Shown here: positions 35,628 through 44,674 of the stretch, one piece after another | How the letters are laid out: each line of letters starts with the position of its first letter | Position numbering within the stretch: position 1 is the stretch's first letter | DNA from: Candidatus Bathyarchaeota archaeon | GTDB taxonomy: Archaea; Thermoproteota; Bathyarchaeia; 40CM-2-53-6; DTDX01 | Reading direction: 5' to 3' | Assembly: GCA_018396815.1 (NCBI GenBank) | Contig: JAGTQY010000005.1 | Location: 7,783 to 71,782 of the forward strand | DNA: 64,000 bases | Program-made: the position numbers and the translations under genes | Notes under the pieces: model-generated | The model's database searches: none | What the model was told of the DNA's origin: nothing | Seen by the model: only the letters and a program-made list of their open reading frames with translations

Positions 35628-36491
35628 TTGTTCACAATAATAATCCCTGTAGCTAAGGAAGGGCAGGGTCTCTATGGTAGGATCCAAATGTTAAATGATA
35701 CGTTAACATCAGCATCTATAAATGGTTTTGAAATAATGTTAGTAACGGATTTTGCTCATTCTCCAACTATCGATGCGATGAAGAAAATTGCAAAACAAGG
35801 CCTTGCTAACTGCTTCCTTCTCACTAAAAGGATTGGAAAAGGAGGGTCAATAAAGAACGTTTTACCTTACGCTAAGGGGGATGCGATTGTTCTTTTGGAT
35901 GCAGATATGCCAATTGATGCCAGGACACTATATAAAGCTTTAGCAACTGCTACAAGGGAGAGGTTGGACTTATTGATAGCCAATAGAGTATATCGCGCGC
36001 ATGGCTTATTAAGGCGTGTGCTCTCTACATCCTATAATAGCGTTTGCAGGCTCCTCTTTAGAACAGGGTTAAAAGACCATCAAGCTGGATTTAAGGTATT
36101 AAGCAGGCGAGCAGCTTCAATACTAGCGTCCCTTGTAAGGACGGATGGATTGTTATACGATACTGAGCTTATTGTGTGGGCGAAGAAGTTTAAGCTGCGA
36201 AGACAAGCGATGAACGTGGTTTGGAAGGAGGAAGAGCGGGAATCGACGATAATGCCTTTAAGGGCGCTCTTAACGATGTTGACGGATATGTTTTTGTTAA
36301 GGTTGCTTATTGCAGGCATAAAATATGTGGCTCTACAGCGATTAAATGTGGGTGAAATAATAGATTTAGCTAGTATGAGGACGGTGGGCAAAGAGTACAT
36401 AACTGTGATAAGAGCTTCAGGGCTTAAAAAACAGATTTTAAACATGTTAAGGAGGCTTTACATTACAGTGGCTTTTAGGGGTAAGCAATGA
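35628..36491 (+). CDS. GT2 glycosyltransferase
   Basis: FTIIIPVAKEG and VLLDADMP (DxD) motifs. TTG start. Overlaps the next gene by 4 nt. Confidence 0.7.
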   Translation: MFTIIIPVAKEGQGLYGRIQMLNDTLTSASINGFEIMLVTDFAHSPTIDAMKKIAKQGLANCFLLTKRIGKGGSIKNVLPYAKGDAIVLLDADMPIDARTLYKALATATRERLDLLIANRVYRAHGLLRRVLSTSYNSVCRLLFRTGLKDHQAGFKVLSRRAASILASLVRTDGLLYDTELIVWAKKFKLRRQAMNVVWKEEERESTIMPLRALLTMLTDMFLLRLLIAGIKYVALQRLNVGEIIDLASMRTVGKEYITVIRASGLKKQILNMLRRLYITVAFRGKQ

Positions 36492-37564
36492 GGATTCTTT
36501 GGATAAACCATAGATGCCCTAAGCATCCTCAAGCTGGAGGAGCGGAAAACCACATTCTAGAGGTGGGCAGAAGGCTTGTGCAAAAAGGCCATGAAATAAC
36601 GCTGCTGACTGAATGCTTTCCAGGCTCTAAAAAGAATGAGGTAATCGATGGAATTATGGTTAAAAGGAAAGGGGGAAAATATGGCATACACTTATATGCG
36701 CCTTATTTTGTGAAGCGTTACTCAGCAATATATGATATTGTAATAGATGATGTGGCTCACGCTGTTCCATTCTTCTCGTATAAATTCGCTAGGAAGCCTG
36801 TTGTCGCTTTGGTTCACCATGTCCATCAAAAGGTTGTTGAAAAAGAGTTGCGCATGCCTTTAAGACAGATTGTAAAATGGGCTGAAAGAAGATTGAAAAA
36901 TTATGAGAGGATCATAGCGGTATCGAACACCACTAGAGAAATGCTTATTAATATGCTTAAGGTGAAACCTGAAAGGATAAAAGTCATTTATCATGGAGTT
37001 GACCATGAAAAGTTTAAGCCTGGCGATAAATTTAAGGTTCCAACGATCCTATGGATGGGTCGAATCAAGAAATATAAAAACTTGGATCACGTAATAAAGG
37101 CTTTTAGCATAGTTAAACATTCAATTAAGGATGCCAAGCTTATAGTAGTAGGTTCAGGAGATGCGAAATGGCTTGTGAATGACATGAGAATATTTGATGT
37201 AACTTTTATGGGACATGTGAGCGAAGAGGAGAAGATAAGGTTGCTTCAAGGTACATGGGCAATCGTTTACGCATCGGATATGGAAGGGTGGGGAATGTGT
37301 GTATTGGAGGCGAATGCCTGTGGCACACCAACAGTGGCTTACAACTCGGGCGCCTTAAAAGAGACTGTAATTAACGGAGAGACAGGGTTTCTGACGGAGT
37401 ATGGCAATATTGAAGGATTAGCTGAAAAAATGAAGGTGATACTAAGCGATCATGGAGTAAGGGAGAGATTGTCAAGAAACGCGTTAATTCACTCGCAGAA
37501 TTTCAACTGGGAGAAAACAACGTCGGAAACTGAGGAGTTTTTAATTGAGATTGCAGAGGAGTAG
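36488..37564 (+). CDS. GT4 glycosyltransferase
   Basis: MRILWINH...GGAENH N-terminus and EGWGMCVLEANACGTPTVAYNSGALKETV (E-x7-E). Confidence 0.85.
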   Translation: MRILWINHRCPKHPQAGGAENHILEVGRRLVQKGHEITLLTECFPGSKKNEVIDGIMVKRKGGKYGIHLYAPYFVKRYSAIYDIVIDDVAHAVPFFSYKFARKPVVALVHHVHQKVVEKELRMPLRQIVKWAERRLKNYERIIAVSNTTREMLINMLKVKPERIKVIYHGVDHEKFKPGDKFKVPTILWMGRIKKYKNLDHVIKAFSIVKHSIKDAKLIVVGSGDAKWLVNDMRIFDVTFMGHVSEEEKIRLLQGTWAIVYASDMEGWGMCVLEANACGTPTVAYNSGALKETVINGETGFLTEYGNIEGLAEKMKVILSDHGVRERLSRNALIHSQNFNWEKTTSETEEFLIEIAEE

Positions 37565-37697
37565 ACGCCTTATCTGAAGCTTAATGAAGTTTGCATTCAT
37601 TAGAGAAAGTCAATTAAGGGAAAAGATTAAGTGAAAATACTTTAAAATATTCCAATAAGCTGAGATAAAACTATGCAAGTTTTGGAAAGTAATAGAA

Positions 37698-38370
37698 TTG
37701 CGTGACAAGATCCTTCAAAAATATAATAGTAAAGAGCACCCTCATTTCATAGATGTCTTTGACGTTCCTATGGTAGAAAATTTAATAAAAACTTTTAACA
37801 AACCGTTCTCCTTAATAGATTTAGGCTGTGGGGACGGAAGATTTATTTACAACCTTCGTAATAAGGGTCTACTTAATAACGCAAGAAAAATTGTTGGTGT
37901 CGACCTCTCGGAAGAAAGAATAGAAAGATTCAAGCGATTCAACCCATTCGCCCAAGGAGTAGTTTCAGATGTTTGTGACCTACAAAAGATAGAGAACGAT
38001 TCTTTTGATCTAGCTATATCCTCGCAAGTAATAGAACATGTTCCAAATGATGAAAAAATGTTAAAGGGAAGTTTACAGAATACTAAAACCTCGGGCTTTC
38101 TTCTACGTTTCTACAGTGATAAAGAAGCCATATGGGGTTTGGGTCTACTGGAATAAAGGATTTAAGTTAGATCCTACCCATATAAGAGAATATCGTTCTC
38201 CAGATGAATTTTTAGAGAAACTAAGAAAAGTTAATTTTTACATCATAAAGTGGAAAATGAATAAACTATCCAGCGTTAAATTTAATAATTCGCGCATTAA
38301 TAAAAACAGGGCGCACAATTCCTTCAGATTTCTATATAAAACATCCTTTTCTAGAGAAAAAGAAAACTAA
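37698..38370 (+). pseudogene. class I SAM-dependent methyltransferase split by a +1 frameshift
   Basis: LIDLGCGDGRF and DLAISSQVIEHVPNDEKMLK are in frame 1. The family-typical continuation EVYRILKPRAFFYVSTVIKKPYG...DPTHIREY is in the next frame. The shift is at aaaggg, 38063-38068. Confidence 0.75.
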
Positions 38371-38422
38371 AACTTAGAGTTATAGGATATCAAACCATAG
38401 AGGTTCTTTCTAGGGTAATAAA

Positions 38423-39256
38423 ATGAAGGATAACCCTTTAGTTTCGATAGTAATCCCAACTTATAATTCAGAGAGAACTATTGATGTTTGTTTGAAGTCT
38501 CTTAGGAAGCAAAGTTACCCGAACATTGAAATTATTGTAATAGATAACTATTCAAAGGATAGAACAAGAGAAGTTGCTGAGAAGTTGGGGGCAAAAGTTC
38601 TCCAGTTAGATGCTGAACGAGCTGAGGCAAAAAACTTTGGTCTCAAGAAAGCTGGGGGCAAGTATGTTTGCTTCATTGACTCCGATATGGAATTAACCAA
38701 AAACGTAATAGAAGAATGTGTTAATTTGATTGAAAGTGATGAAAAATTAGGTGGAATAATTATTCCTGAAAGGTCTGTTGGCGGGTCATTTTGGGTAAAA
38801 GTTAGAGATTTTGAGAGAAGCTTTTACGCTGGGACAGAAATAGAGTCCGCAAGATTTTTCAGGAAGGACTTAGTTGAGAGGGTTAATGGTTTTGATGGTG
38901 AGATAGTTGCCTTTGAAGAGTCTACTTTACCACAAAAGATAGAAAAACTGGGTTATAATGTTAAGGCAAGAATAAGTGCCGAAATTTTGCATCATGAAGA
39001 GAATTTCTCTCTTTGGAAATGGCTGAAGAAGAAGTTTTACTATGTAAAAAGCGCTTCAAAATACAAAGAAAAATTTGGTGAATATGCCAATAAACAAATG
39101 AACATTTTTTACAGATTTTTAATCTTCCTGAAAAATAAACGATTTTACTCCAAGCCATTGCTTGCAGTAGGAGTAGTTGTTTTAAAAATCTTAGAATATT
39201 TCTCAGCAGGAATAGGATTTTTGGTAAGTAAAGTGACGAAATGCCGTGACGTTTGA
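38423..39256 (+). CDS. GT2 glycosyltransferase
   Basis: VSIVIPTYNSERTI, IIVIDNYSKDRT and FIDSDMEL motifs. Confidence 0.85.
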   Translation: MKDNPLVSIVIPTYNSERTIDVCLKSLRKQSYPNIEIIVIDNYSKDRTREVAEKLGAKVLQLDAERAEAKNFGLKKAGGKYVCFIDSDMELTKNVIEECVNLIESDEKLGGIIIPERSVGGSFWVKVRDFERSFYAGTEIESARFFRKDLVERVNGFDGEIVAFEESTLPQKIEKLGYNVKARISAEILHHEENFSLWKWLKKKFYYVKSASKYKEKFGEYANKQMNIFYRFLIFLKNKRFYSKPLLAVGVVVLKILEYFSAGIGFLVSKVTKCRDV

Positions 39257-39490
39257 TAAAAATTGGTTGTTTGAGGCTGCTGGTAGCGGTTCCTTTCTCT
39301 TAACCGATAAAACTTACGGAATTGAGAAAATGTGATTGAACGAGGCTTACATTTATTAAGAGCTTATGATATGCTTATATTAGAAGAGTTTAGTTATAAA
39401 CTTAATACTTAGCTTCAAAAACTTTTTGAAGTTGATAGAAAGCTTGTTTATCAACTATCGGAAATTCATTTAGATCCGCTAGAAGCGGCA

Positions 39491-39937
39491 TTGCTTGCTA
39501 GATTTTATAAAAGGGAAATTTTAGCGAAATTATTCGAAATCATTTCAAAAGAATTATTTCCAACCGTAATATCTTATGACCACGTGATAATTTATTATGA
39601 AGCTTGCAAAGTCTCTCAAAAAGTAGGTATTTTACCAGATGCTGTTTGGCACATCGAGCCAGATGGTCTGCTCCAATTATGGAAAAAGAATTATAGATAT
39701 GGACAAAGTGCAAAAGCGCTTATGGATTCTGGATATTATAAAGAATTAGTCAATAAAAAAGTCAGATTAAGAAAAGGATCTCTTAAAAACTTGAAATTAG
39801 GCTTACAAGCTAACTTACTACTTTTACTAAAAGGGATTGCCTATTATACAGGATATTTTTCAACTGAAAGGGTTTCTGTAACAAAATTACGCCTGTTTTC
39901 CTCTTTAATTTCCTCACTTTGCTTCCTAGGAAAGTGA
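39491..39937 (+). CDS. hypothetical; possibly a C-terminal remnant of a GT2-type protein
   Basis: Weak resemblance of WHIEPDGLLQLWKKNYRYGQSAKAL to ILHHEENFSLWKWLKKKFYYVKSASKY in the C-terminus of 38423-39256. No catalytic domain. Confidence 0.3.
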   Translation: MLARFYKREILAKLFEIISKELFPTVISYDHVIIYYEACKVSQKVGILPDAVWHIEPDGLLQLWKKNYRYGQSAKALMDSGYYKELVNKKVRLRKGSLKNLKLGLQANLLLLLKGIAYYTGYFSTERVSVTKLRLFSSLISSLCFLGK

Positions 39938-40229
39938 ATTAGGTGGCTAGTTATGCTCGATTAAAAACACCATCCCCACTTTGCAACAAATATATAATAC
40001 CATGTAAATACGGGATATTATTCTCGGAAAATAAGAAAATAGAAATAGTGAAACTTATGTTTACAGCATATGATTTAAAATCTCCCCCGCTCCCCCTTAC
40101 CCATAATTTCCATTCATCTCAAAGATCTTTCTAGGGGCTGATAATGCGATTGAATATAACCACAAGTCTGAAAAGGGTAACATCTTCTTAATAAGTAATG
40201 CTTTAAGGTATGATAAAAAACCTTAATTA

Positions 40230-41161
40230 TTGGTGGTTAAAATAAAAAAATTAATGGCTCCAAATCCAACGTTAGTTAGTATAGTAGATGTGCGCAAACA
40301 CGCTACACTTAGCGCTGCAATAAAACAAGCGCTAGAACTAATTAATTTTGATTTTAAATTAAAGTTGAAAAAAATAGTTATTAAACCAAATTTGTGTTAC
40401 TATTGGGACAGTAACACCGGTGAAACAACAGATCCTGAATTAGTTAAAGCATTAATAGATTTACTCAGGTCGCAAATGGATGTAGAAGAGATTTACAGAG
40501 TCAGATGCTACAGCAATGAGAATGAAATACGCTTTTCAGATGCTCGGTTATGAGAAAATGGCAAAAGAAAAAAATGTGAAGTTAGTGAATCTTAGCGAAG
40601 AAGACCCACCTCAAGAAAATGCGGATGGGGGGACAATTTTTTCCTAAAATTAAAATACCAAGAATATTGAATGAGGCTGACCTCTTCATATCTGTGCCAA
40701 AGCTTAAAATTCATCCACTCACAGGGCTATCATGCGCTTTGAAGAATCAATTTGGATGTATTCCATTTAAAAGAAAAATAATTTTCCACAAAAACATCCA
40801 CGAGATAATAGCATTTATCAACAAAAGCATCACTCCAGATTTAGTATTAGTCGATGGAATTATTTGTAAAGGAAGGACTCCTATACGTTTGAATCTCTTA
40901 ATGGCAAGTCATGACCCCGTAGCTATTGACTTCATTGCCGCAAAAATTGCAGGGCTTAATCCATTAAAGATTGAATATATAGTGAAATCTGAAGGTTTGG
41001 GTGTTGGTTCAACAAATGTCAAGTGTACAGGTGATGAGTGGAAGAATTTTGCTACAATCTTTACTAAGAAGAGTTTTATTTATAATTTGTCTTTGAAACT
41101 ACTCATAAGCCTCTATAACTTATATCTTCGCTTATTCACCGTGGAAGGAAAGAAGCTTTAG
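40230..41161 (+). pseudogene. DUF362-family protein broken by two frameshifts
   Basis: KIVIKPNLCYYWDSNTGETTDPELVKAL is in frame 0, TESDATAMRMKYAFQMLGYEKMAKEKNVKLVNL in frame 1, and KIKIPRILNEADLFISVPKLKIHPLTGLSCALKNQFGCIP in frame 2. The second shift lies in the G6/T6 runs at 40627-40642. Confidence 0.65.
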
Positions 41162-41173
41162 ATTACTTATCAG

Positions 41174-42100
41174 GTGGGAATGATGAGAAAAATAAGAGTA
41201 GGCATAGTAGGCTTAGGTCATATGGGTCTGATACATTTGGCAAATTGTCTTAGGTTAAAGGAGTATTGCAATGTAGCAGCAGTCGCAGACATTTCAAGGG
41301 CGGCGTTATCTGATATACGTGGGTTGGGAATTAAATCTTACTCAAGTTATCTGGAAATGGTTGAGAAAGAAAAGGTAGATGCAATTATAATATCTCTTCC
41401 AAACTATCTTCATAAAGATGCTTGCCTTCTGGCTGCAGAGGAAGGTTGTGATATTTTCTTAGAGAAGCCACTAGCGATGGATATTAACAAAGGCAGAGAG
41501 ATTGTCAACTCGGTAAAGAAATCAGGTATAAAACTAATGATGGGAATGTGTCAAAGATTCATAAAAGGTATTAAAGAACTAAAAAAGGTAGTGAATGAGG
41601 GGGTGCTTGGACATATAATCTTTGCATCAACTTTATTATATATGCTAGCCCATTCTGGAGTGGGGGTAAAGTTGCAGAATGGTGGTTTGATGTAACCAAA
41701 ACTGGTGGAGGAGCATTATTGGATAATGGATATCATTTAATAGATCTACTCCTTATGGTTTTTTGGCGATATAAGGCAAGTATCTGTATACCTAGAATAT
41801 GGAAATAATTTGAATATGGAAGATTATGCAGAAGTATTCTTGCGGTTCAATAATGGTACTAATTCATTAGCAACTGTAAGTTGGGGAGCTAGGATTCCAA
41901 TTTATCATGTCGAGCTAGTAGGACAGTATGGACGAAAAATATTTACGGATCCTATGGATCCCTTTAATAGAAGTATTTTTAGAGCGGGCTTATCTTTTGT
42001 AAAAAATACGATCTTTCAGAGGTACAAGGGTCGCCCGCCTCTTCTACTTGACATTGATCCGTACTACTGTGAATTAGAATATTTTTTAATTGCCTTATAA
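41174..42100 (+). pseudogene. Gfo/Idh/MocA-family sugar oxidoreductase broken by at least two frameshifts
   Basis: IRVGIVGLGHMG and FLEKPLA are in the first ORF. AEWWFDVTKTGGGALLDNGYHLIDLL is in another frame. The third segment (FGDIRQVSVYLEYGNN..., containing ORF 41810-42100) begins after the T6 run at 41759-41764. Confidence 0.7.
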
Positions 42101-42277
42101 ATGATGAAAACCCAAGGCCTAATGAAAACGATGGATTGAAAGTATTAGAAGTGTATTCTAACAGAACAGGATGTGGGAGCAACTAATAAGCTTCAAATAC
42201 CCTCCCATAGAATGAGAAAGAAATTGAAATATTTTTCACAAAATACAACATTTTTATATATAGGAAAGAAGGTTCTA

Positions 42278-43366
42278 ATGGATATATTACCATCTAATCG
42301 AGAATGCACAGTGATGATAGTAGGATATTATGGTTATGGCAATTTAGGAGATGAAGCTATCCTTGAAGTGTTGATCAAAGATATTAAGGAGGTAAACTCT
42401 CAAATTCAAATTGTAGTGCCTTCTATAAAGCCTGAAAACATTAAGGAACGCCATGAAGTGCACCCTATACAGTTAATAAGTTGGAACATGATAAGGTCAA
42501 TTATAAAAGCTGACCTCATCATAATAGGTGGCGGGGGCTTATTTTCCAGCGATTCAGGCTTTTTTACATATTTCGTACCATTACTAGCTATTCTTGGAAA
42601 GATTCTCAGGAAGAAAGTCAGTTACTATGCTATTGGTATATATAGCACTACTCCCCCCCTCCTGCTCAAGCTTACAAAGTTTTCTCTGAAATTTGCTGAT
42701 GTGATAAGCGTAAGAGACACTGCTTCTCTGAAAGTAATTCGAAATGAGTTAAAAAGGAAGATTCTGTTAGTTCCTGATCCAGCATTGAGGCTACCGTTCA
42801 TAGGTAGGGAAATAGCCTTAAAAATTCTTCAAAGAAATGGAATAGACACCAACAAATTCCTGATCGGTTTATCCCTAAGATCAATGAATGAAGAGATCGA
42901 TGATAAACTTGCGAAGGAAGTTGCAAAGACAGTTAATTGGATACTGGATGCTTTGGATGCCATAGTCATATTCTATACATTCTGTCCTCAATCTGATTAT
43001 ACTATTGATGATAGGGAAATTGCGAAGGCAATTAAAAAGATGATAAAACACCAGGATAGATTTAAAATATTAGAGTACTATCCACCTAGTGTTACGAAAG
43101 GTCTCATTGGAGTAATGGATTACTTTATAGGGATGAGGTTGCACTCTATGATTTTCGCGCACTCCATGAACGTTCCTTTTATCGGGATAATATATGAAGA
43201 AAAATGTAAGTCTTTCTTAAGAATGTTTGCTAAAACACAATCTCGCGTATACCTTTCAAATATTAAACAATTACAAAACATAGTTAAGAGTGATGTGCTC
43301 AGAATCATGAGGGAAGGGACATTAAATAAGGCATCTAAATTTTCGAGGCTCAAGGTCAGAGAATGA
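42278..43366 (+). CDS. polysaccharide pyruvyl transferase family protein (CsaB/WcaK-like)
   Basis: IVGYYGYGNLGDEAIL and IIGGGGLF motifs. The Met at 42278 is preferred over the track start 42173, which adds a non-conserved 35-aa leader. Confidence 0.7.
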   Translation: MDILPSNRECTVMIVGYYGYGNLGDEAILEVLIKDIKEVNSQIQIVVPSIKPENIKERHEVHPIQLISWNMIRSIIKADLIIIGGGGLFSSDSGFFTYFVPLLAILGKILRKKVSYYAIGIYSTTPPLLLKLTKFSLKFADVISVRDTASLKVIRNELKRKILLVPDPALRLPFIGREIALKILQRNGIDTNKFLIGLSLRSMNEEIDDKLAKEVAKTVNWILDALDAIVIFYTFCPQSDYTIDDREIAKAIKKMIKHQDRFKILEYYPPSVTKGLIGVMDYFIGMRLHSMIFAHSMNVPFIGIIYEEKCKSFLRMFAKTQSRVYLSNIKQLQNIVKSDVLRIMREGTLNKASKFSRLKVRE

Positions 43367-44652
43367 TACAAGTAGAAATCGACGCAATAAAGAATAATAA
43401 AACAATCTTGTATTATATAGTGTCTAGTTCTTTAAAAAGGTACTTTCTGCATAATAAATTTATTGTTAAGTATGATTTTCAAATAAATGATGTTCCAGAA
43501 AGTATACTTATATGCCCCGCGCTTGGTTATCTTCTGCCACTGGCTTTTGCTACTGGACAAGAGATTTATACACATACTCTGGACAAAGAGTTTTACAAGT
43601 CTGCTCAAACCTTAAGGTTTATCGTAAAGACTCTATACCCTGAATTGCCAGCCGATAAAGTAAAAATAAATGTTAAAGAATTAAGAAATAATAACTTCGT
43701 ATATAATCGGAGGGCAGCTTTATTCTTTAGTGGTGGCGTAGATTCAACATCATTATTACTGTCCCATATTAATGAAAAACCTATGTTAATAACCATTTGG
43801 GGATCAGACATAAGGCTGAATGAGGAGGAGAAGTGGAGAAAAGTTCTGAGTTATGTTAAATTAGTTGCAAATAAGTTTGATTTAAAATATACAACAATCG
43901 TCTTCAATGATATACTCGATCAAAGTTTGTTAACCAGTAATTTTATCCGTAAACTCAAAGGTAGAAGATGGTGGGTTGGATTAGCCTCAGGAATAACTCT
44001 TCCAACTCTTGCATCTCCATTAGTAAAATTAAACATAAAAAGGCTTTATGTAGCATCAGGTGTACCCAAACGGGTGATTCATCCTTGGTCAGATAGTCAT
44101 GTTGTACTTAACTCTATACAAATTTCAAGTATGAAAATTATTTGCGATGATTACGAATTAAGCAGGTATCAAAAGATTTTAAATATCAAAAATAATCTCG
44201 ATAAAGTTAAATGTAAGAGTTTTACATTAAAAATTAGAGCGTGCTCTAAATCTACAAGGTTATGGAACTGTAATTATTGTGAAAAATGTGCTAGAACTAT
44301 CATAATGTTTATGCTTGCGGGACTAGACCCAAATGAATTCGGGTTTAATATAGACATTAAAAAATATCTAAAATATTTAAAGGAGTCTCTCGATAAATCA
44401 TGGTTAAAACTAACTCCTGAAGAACTACTCTTTTGGTTGGACATCAAAAATCTATCTAAATATCATCCTCATATGAGATTCTTATCTTCATATAATTATG
44501 AAAATTTTGTAAATATGAAAAAAGAGATGCTTTTGGCCGATGCTTTTCGTTTAATTAATAGAATTTTTGGTATTAATAGCATTATTGCTAGAAAAGTTAT
44601 TAATAAGTTCCAATCATTTTTTAACATGCGAATAAATATTAAGAAAATCTAA
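43363..44652 (+). CDS. PP-loop (SGGxDS) ATP-pyrophosphatase-fold protein, specificity unknown
   Basis: ALFFSGGVDSTSLLL is the PP-loop, with a C-terminal CNYCEKCARTI Cys motif. Its start overlaps the pyruvyl transferase stop (ATGA). Confidence 0.5.
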   Translation: MIQVEIDAIKNNKTILYYIVSSSLKRYFLHNKFIVKYDFQINDVPESILICPALGYLLPLAFATGQEIYTHTLDKEFYKSAQTLRFIVKTLYPELPADKVKINVKELRNNNFVYNRRAALFFSGGVDSTSLLLSHINEKPMLITIWGSDIRLNEEEKWRKVLSYVKLVANKFDLKYTTIVFNDILDQSLLTSNFIRKLKGRRWWVGLASGITLPTLASPLVKLNIKRLYVASGVPKRVIHPWSDSHVVLNSIQISSMKIICDDYELSRYQKILNIKNNLDKVKCKSFTLKIRACSKSTRLWNCNYCEKCARTIIMFMLAGLDPNEFGFNIDIKKYLKYLKESLDKSWLKLTPEELLFWLDIKNLSKYHPHMRFLSSYNYENFVNMKKEMLLADAFRLINRIFGINSIIARKVINKFQSFFNMRINIKKI

Positions 44653-44674
44653 CAATATAAAATGATGAAATATT

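Noticed and set aside
36080-36445. 121-aa ORF antisense to the GT2 gene 35628-36491
   Set aside because: Entirely inside a gene with clear GT2 motifs, and it has no motifs of its own. The same reasoning was applied to track ORFs 1572-1787, 2785-2979, 7731-7916, 12351-12569, 17121-17432, 20348-20575 and 28360-28581. It was also applied to 31594-31821, 32822-33070, 33976-34176, 38961-39158, 41979-42182, 43120-43371, 43605-43811, 45682-45900, 47835-48059 and 55652-55882.
39943-40134. 63-aa ORF between the GT2-tail-like ORF and the DUF362 pseudogene
   Set aside because: No motifs, it sits in debris, and neither strand gave a recognisable fragment.
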